From: Pseudomonas aeruginosa
Lineage (GTDB): Bacteria > Pseudomonadota > Gammaproteobacteria > Pseudomonadales > Pseudomonadaceae
DNA: 32,000 bases
NCBI RefSeq assembly: GCF_001457615.1
Contig: NZ_LN831024.1
Location: 5,520,001-5,552,000 of the forward strand
Direction: 5' to 3'
The position numbers were made by a program, and so were the translations under genes. The notes below the pieces were generated by a model, which was given only the letters and a program-made list of their open reading frames with translations, had not been told where the DNA came from and did not search any database. Below are positions 27,614 through 32,000 of this stretch, one piece after another. The stretch's first letter is position 1. Every line of letters starts with the position of its first letter.

Positions 27614-28948
27614 TCACGCAGCGTCTCCCAGCGTCGGCGAGCGCTCGCGACGCCGCGCACCGAGCAGCGGCAACACGGCGGCCGCGACGACGAACACCGC
27701 CGCGAACGCCCCATAGAGGGACAGCGGCTGCCAGCCGTCGTCGAGCAGGAGCCCGGCCACCAGCGGCGAGAGGATCGCCCCGCCGCGACCGACGCCGATC
27801 CCCCAGCCGACCCCGGTGGCGCGCACCGAAGCGTCGTAGAGGCTCGGCGCCAGGGCATACAGGCCGGCCACGCAGGCGTTGGCGCAAAGCCCGATCAGCA
27901 GTCCCAGCGGCAAGGCCGCGCCGGGCAGCCCGGCACTCAGCGAGAACAGCGCGAGCAGAGCGGCGGTAAGCAGCATGAACAGCGCCAGCACCCGTTCCAG
28001 GCGAAAGCGCGCGGCAAGCCCGCCGAGCAAGGCGGCACCGAAGATCCCGCCGATGCTCAGCAGGGTGCCGCCGGTGATGCCCTGGGCGGTGGACAGGCCG
28101 GCGGCGACCAGCAGCTTCGGCGTCCAGCTCATGATGAAGTAGAAGCCGAACATCACCAGGAAAAACAGCGCCCAGAGCAGCAGCGTGGTACGTCGCTGGG
28201 CAACGCAAAGCAACCGGGCGAGGCGGCTACCGTGCTCCGCTCCGCCACCGGGCGGGCTCGGCAGTTCCGCGAGCGCCGCGCGGCCCAGGCGCCGGGCCAG
28301 CGCGTTGACCCGTTGCAACGCCCGCGGCGGCCGGCGCGCCAGGAGGAAGTCCAGCGACTCCGGCAGGCACAGGCAGACCAGCGGGATCACCGCCAGGGTC
28401 AGGCCAGCGCCGAAGACGAACACCGAGCGCCAGCCCCAGGCGCCGATCAGCCATACCGCGAGCAGTCCGCCAAGGGTCGCGCCGAGCGCGTAGCCGGTGG
28501 ACTGCAGGCTTACCGCCAGGCCGCGCCAGCGGCGCGAGGCGTACTCGCTGGCGATCACGTTGCTGCTGGCGAGGATGCCGCCGATACCCAGTCCGGTCAG
28601 CCCGCGCAGCAACGCCAGTTGCCAGGCCGCCTGGCTCAGCGCCGAGGCGAGCATGCCCAGGCCCGACAGCGCCAGGCAGGCGAGGATCAGCGGGCGGCGC
28701 CCCCAGCGGTCGGCCCAGGGCGCGATGAACAGCGAGCCGGCGGCCATGCCAAAGAGGCCGGCGCTGAGCAGCAGGCCGATCTCGGCGCCGCCAAGGTTCC
28801 ATTCGGCGGCCACCGAGGATGCGGTGAAGGCCATCACCAGCACGTCGAAGCCATCGATCAGGTTGAGCACGATACACACAGCCACCGCCAGCCACTGGAA
28901 CGGACGCATCGGTTCGTCGTCGAGAGCGCGGCGCAAGTCCCGGTTCAT
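27614..28948 (-). CDS. MFS aromatic acid transporter (VanK/PcaK-like)
   Basis: ATG at 28948 after GGGGAGGG. LIDGFDVLVMAF motif. 444 aa. Divergent from vanAB. Confidence 0.85.
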   Translation of the reverse strand: MNRDLRRALDDEPMRPFQWLAVAVCIVLNLIDGFDVLVMAFTASSVAAEWNLGGAEIGLLLSAGLFGMAAGSLFIAPWADRWGRRPLILACLALSGLGMLASALSQAAWQLALLRGLTGLGIGGILASSNVIASEYASRRWRGLAVSLQSTGYALGATLGGLLAVWLIGAWGWRSVFVFGAGLTLAVIPLVCLCLPESLDFLLARRPPRALQRVNALARRLGRAALAELPSPPGGGAEHGSRLARLLCVAQRRTTLLLWALFFLVMFGFYFIMSWTPKLLVAAGLSTAQGITGGTLLSIGGIFGAALLGGLAARFRLERVLALFMLLTAALLALFSLSAGLPGAALPLGLLIGLCANACVAGLYALAPSLYDASVRATGVGWGIGVGRGGAILSPLVAGLLLDDGWQPLSLYGAFAAVFVVAAAVLPLLGARRRERSPTLGDAA

Positions 28949-29104
28949 GGGCGGCCCTCCCCGAGCGGACAGGAAAGAAGCGACGGCAGGCGGGAGCGAG
29001 GCGCGGGAATGCAGGAATCCATCATTGGGAAGACCCTTTTTCTTGTTGTTGTAGGCACGGCAAGCGCAGGCACCCTGGCACCGTTGCGTCGATGCCGCAA
29101 TCCT

Positions 29105-29116
29105 ATTGGATCCATT
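29105..29116. promoter_or_regulatory. ATTGGATCCATT, 11/12 copy of the vanAB operator, upstream of the vanK-like gene
   Basis: Read directly, about 157 nt upstream of the minus-strand ATG at 28948, within a candidate promoter. Confidence 0.55.
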
Positions 29117-29260
29117 TTGACGACAAGAAAACGGATGGCCAGTGGATATCCCACTGTCAGCGAAATCCGAGAAAGGCTCTGGAACGAGATAATTTGGCAA
29201 TTTATTCCTGAAGTTTTTTATGTGCGACTATCGAACAGATTATTTTTTGTACAGAAGCGG

Positions 29261-29290
29261 TTGACTTGGAAAAGTTGCCTCGCGAATCAT
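29261..29290 (+). promoter_or_regulatory. Candidate sigma70 promoter of vanAB (TTGACT -35, 18-nt spacer, AATCAT -10)
   Basis: TTGACT at 29261-29266 and AATCAT at 29285-29290. The -10 overlaps the palindromic operator. Confidence 0.5.
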
Positions 29291-29300
29291 TGGATCCAAT
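29289..29300. promoter_or_regulatory. Perfect 12-bp palindrome ATTGGATCCAAT, probable VanR operator
   Basis: Read directly, 27 nt upstream of the vanA ATG, overlapping the predicted -10/+1. A GntR-family regulator gene lies convergent to vanB. Confidence 0.7.
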
Positions 29301-29326
29301 TACAAAAACAACGAGAGGATCCGACG

Positions 29327-30382
29327 ATGTTTCCGAAGAACGCCTGGTACGTGGCCTGCACCCCCGACGAACTGGCCGGCAAGCCGCTCGGCCGACGCAT
29401 CTGCGACGAGCCGATGGTTTTCTACCGAGGCGAGGACGGCCGCGTGGCGGCCCTCGAGGATTTCTGCCCGCACCGTGGCGCGCCGCTGTCGCTGGGCTTC
29501 GTCGAGGACGGCGTGCTGGTCTGCGGCTACCACGGCCTGGCAATGGGCGAGGACGGTCGCACCCGCGCGATGCCCGGCCAGCGGGTCCGCGGCTTCCCCT
29601 GCATCCGTCGCTTCCCGGTGCAGGAACGGCACGGCTTCGTCTGGGTCTGGCCGGGCGCGGAAGAACAGGCCGACGCCGCGCTGATACCCCGCCTGGAATG
29701 GGCGGAAAGCCCCGATTGGGCCTATGGCGGCGGGCTGTACCACATCCACTGCGACTATCGCCTGATGATCGATAACCTGATGGACCTGACCCACGAGACC
29801 TATGTCCATGCGTCCAGCATCGGCCAGAAGGAAATCGACGAGGCCGCGCCGACCACGCGGGTGGAAGGCGACGAGGTGATCACCAGCCGCCACATGCAGA
29901 ATGTCATGGCCCCGCCGTTCTGGCGCATGGCTCTGCGCGGCAACGGCCTGGCCGACGACGTGGCGGTGGACCGCTGGCAGATCTGCCGCTTCACGCCGCC
30001 CAGCCACGTGCTGATCGAGGTCGGCGTGGCCCACGCCGGCCACGGCGGCTACCAGGCGCCGGCGGAGCGCAAGGCGGCGAGCATCGTGGTCGACTTCATC
30101 ACCCCGGAGAGCGCCACTTCCATCTGGTACTTCTGGGGCATGGCGCGCAACTTCCAGGCCCACGACCAGGCGCTCACCGAGAGCATTCGCGAAGGCCAGG
30201 GAAAGATCTTCGGCGAAGACCTGGAAATGCTCGAAAGCCAGCAGCGCAACCTGCTGCGCCATCCACGGCGCGACCTGCTGAAACTGAACATCGACGCCGG
30301 CGGCGTGCAGGCCCGGCGCATCATCGAGCGCCTGCTGGCGGACGAGCGCCAGGCCGCCGCCCCCAACCGCGCCCAGGCCTGA
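29327..30382 (+). CDS. vanA: Vanillate O-demethylase oxygenase subunit (Rieske non-haem iron)
   Basis: Only the last 351 aa of the 1795-aa track ORF are real. The ATG at 29327 follows GAGAGGA. Rieske motif CPHRGAPLSLG..CGYHG. Mononuclear iron motif NLMDLTHETYVH. Confidence 0.93.
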   Translation: MFPKNAWYVACTPDELAGKPLGRRICDEPMVFYRGEDGRVAALEDFCPHRGAPLSLGFVEDGVLVCGYHGLAMGEDGRTRAMPGQRVRGFPCIRRFPVQERHGFVWVWPGAEEQADAALIPRLEWAESPDWAYGGGLYHIHCDYRLMIDNLMDLTHETYVHASSIGQKEIDEAAPTTRVEGDEVITSRHMQNVMAPPFWRMALRGNGLADDVAVDRWQICRFTPPSHVLIEVGVAHAGHGGYQAPAERKAASIVVDFITPESATSIWYFWGMARNFQAHDQALTESIREGQGKIFGEDLEMLESQQRNLLRHPRRDLLKLNIDAGGVQARRIIERLLADERQAAAPNRAQA

Positions 30383-30396
30383 CGGGAGCCTTCGCC

Positions 30397-31350
30397 ATGA
30401 TCGAGGTCATCGTCGGCGCCATCCGCCTGGAGGCGCAGGATATCCACAGCTTCGAACTGTTCCGGGCCGACGGGGCGGCCCTGCCGTCCTTCGAGCCGGG
30501 CGCACACATCGACCTGCACCTGCCCAACGGCCTGGTCCGCCAGTACTCCCTCTGCGGCCCCGCCGAACGGCCGCGCCACTACCGTATCGCCGTACTCCGC
30601 TGCCGCGATTCGCGCGGCGGCTCGGCCACGCTGCACGCCGAACTGCGGGTCGGCCAGCGCCTGCACATCGGCGAGCCGCGCAATCTCTTCCCGCTGTCGC
30701 CGGAGCCCGGTCCGCGCCTGCTGTTCGCCGGCGGCATCGGCATCACGCCGCTGCTGGCGATGGCCGAACGCCTGGCCCGCGATGGCGCCGACTTCCAGTT
30801 GCACTACTGCGCGCATTCCGCCGAGCGCGCGGCCTTCGTCGACTACCTTGGCCGGTGCGCCTTCGCCGACCGCGTGCACTGCCACTTCGACCACGGCGAA
30901 AGCAGCCGGCGCGCGGACCTTCGCGCCCTGCTGGCGACCAGTCCGCGCGACGCCCAGCTATACCTTTGCGGGCCGGCGGGCTTCATGCAGTGGATCGAAG
31001 AAAGCGCCCGCGAACTGGGCTGGGAAGCAAGCCGCTTGCATCGCGAGCACTTCGCCGCCGCGCCACGAGACGCCAGTGCGGACGGCACCTTCGAAGTGCA
31101 GTTGGCGAGCAACGGGGCGCTGATCCGGGTCGCCGCCGGGCAGACCGTGCTGGCGGCCCTGCGCGAAGCCGGGGTGGACCTGCCGGCCTCCTGCGAGCAG
31201 GGCATCTGCGGCACCTGCCTGACCCGCGTGCTGGACGGCGAGCCGGAGCATCGCGACCTCTACCTCAGCGAAGAGGAGCAGGCCGCCAACGATTGCTTCA
31301 CGCCCTGCTGTTCGCGTTCGCGCAGCCCACGGCTGGTGCTGGATCTCTAG
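30397..31350 (+). CDS. vanB: Vanillate O-demethylase reductase subunit (FMN/NAD-binding plus 2Fe-2S ferredoxin)
   Basis: 317 aa. RQYSL flavin motif, GGIGITPL NAD motif, C-terminal CEQGICGTCLTRV..C cluster. Confidence 0.93.
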   Translation: MIEVIVGAIRLEAQDIHSFELFRADGAALPSFEPGAHIDLHLPNGLVRQYSLCGPAERPRHYRIAVLRCRDSRGGSATLHAELRVGQRLHIGEPRNLFPLSPEPGPRLLFAGGIGITPLLAMAERLARDGADFQLHYCAHSAERAAFVDYLGRCAFADRVHCHFDHGESSRRADLRALLATSPRDAQLYLCGPAGFMQWIEESARELGWEASRLHREHFAAAPRDASADGTFEVQLASNGALIRVAAGQTVLAALREAGVDLPASCEQGICGTCLTRVLDGEPEHRDLYLSEEEQAANDCFTPCCSRSRSPRLVLDL

Positions 31351-32000
31351 TCGGCGGCGACGTCGCCGTGAAGCACGGTGACACCCTGCCGCGCCGGATC
31401 GAAGTAGTCGGCGTAGCGCAGGGTCGCATTGGCGTGCTCGCGCATGATCGCCTCGGCGCGCGCCCCCTGGCCGTTGACCAGCGCGTCGACCACCGCGTGG
31501 TGCTGCATGTGGGCAAAGTTGAAACGGCGGAATTCCTGCTCGAGATTGTCGCGATCCACCGCCAGGGCGCTCACCGAGGCGAACGGCAGGTGGTCGTTGC
31601 GCGCCAGCGCCACGGCGATCGCCGGGTTGCCGCTGGCCTCGATGATGGTGCGGTGGAAACGCATGTTCATGCGCTGGTAGCGCTCCAGCTCCTCCAGCAG
31701 GACCTGGCCGTTGGCGAACAATCGGTCGCCCTCGGCCAGGCATTCCTCCAGGGTCGCCCGTGCCTCGGCGGACAGCCCGCGCTCGGCCGCCTGGCGTGCC
31801 GCCAGGCCTTCCAGAACGCCGCGCACCTCGACCGCGCCGGCGATATCCTCGCGGGTCACCGCGCGCACCCTGTAGCCGCGCCCGGTCTTGCACAGCAGGC
31901 CTTCCTGCTCGAGGGTACGCAGGGCGATGCGCACCGGCATGCGCGAGACCTGCAGGCGTTCGGCGGTGGGAATCTCGACGATGCGCTCGCCGGCGGCGAG
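31347..32000 (-). CDS. GntR-family (FadR/FCD subfamily) regulator, VanR-like; 5' end lies beyond the window
   Basis: The reading frame stays open to position 32000 (..LAAGERIVEIPTAERLQVSRMPVRIALRTLEQEGLL is the wHTH recognition region). C-terminal FCD-type helical domain. Its stop overlaps the vanB stop. Confidence 0.85.
   Translation of the reverse strand, partial: LAAGERIVEIPTAERLQVSRMPVRIALRTLEQEGLLCKTGRGYRVRAVTREDIAGAVEVRGVLEGLAARQAAERGLSAEARATLEECLAEGDRLFANGQVLLEELERYQRMNMRFHRTIIEASGNPAIAVALARNDHLPFASVSALAVDRDNLEQEFRRFNFAHMQHHAVVDALVNGQGARAEAIMREHANATLRYADYFDPARQGVTVLHGDVAAD

Overview
High-GC (~65-67%) gammaproteobacterial chromosome. From gene content and order I recognise it as Pseudomonas aeruginosa core genome, roughly PAO1 PA4878-PA4906 from memory (no database check was possible). 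I support 27 protein-coding genes. Left to right: brlR (MerR/GyrI-like), an AsmA-family protein, a ferritin/Dps-like protein, a small secreted all-repeat protein, and a three-gene minus-strand operon (periplasmic protein, b-type cytochrome, Tat-lipoprotein molybdoenzyme) divergent from a CusR/CopR-type two-component system (irlR plus sensor). Then an MFS transporter, desCB plus desT (acyl-CoA desaturase system), ureEFG plus a HupE/UreJ nickel permease, and an iron-starvation ECF sigma / FecR anti-sigma / TonB-dependent transducer (optI). The right third is an aromatic-acid catabolic block: opdK porin, aldehyde dehydrogenase, MFS, mdlC, a LysR regulator, a vanK-like MFS, vanAB, and a partial vanR-like GntR regulator that runs off the right edge. 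I see no rRNA, tRNA, CRISPR, IS, integrase or prophage signal, and no obvious defence island. Many very long ORFs in the track (for example 24995-30382, 1795 aa) are stop-codon-poor artefacts of high GC. Several regulatory sites can be read directly: a CusR/HprR-type box, DesT-type palindromes, a sigma54 promoter with NtrC-like and IHF-like sites upstream of ureE, a Fur box, and ATTGGATCCAAT VanR-type operators. The least characterised part, and my best candidate for something not yet described, is 3.8-8.7 kb. It holds an AT-rich island, a secreted protein made only of four 22-24 aa repeats, and an MsrPQ/HprRS-like but non-orthologous periplasmic redox module. I did not find a clearly novel multi-gene system and say so plainly.
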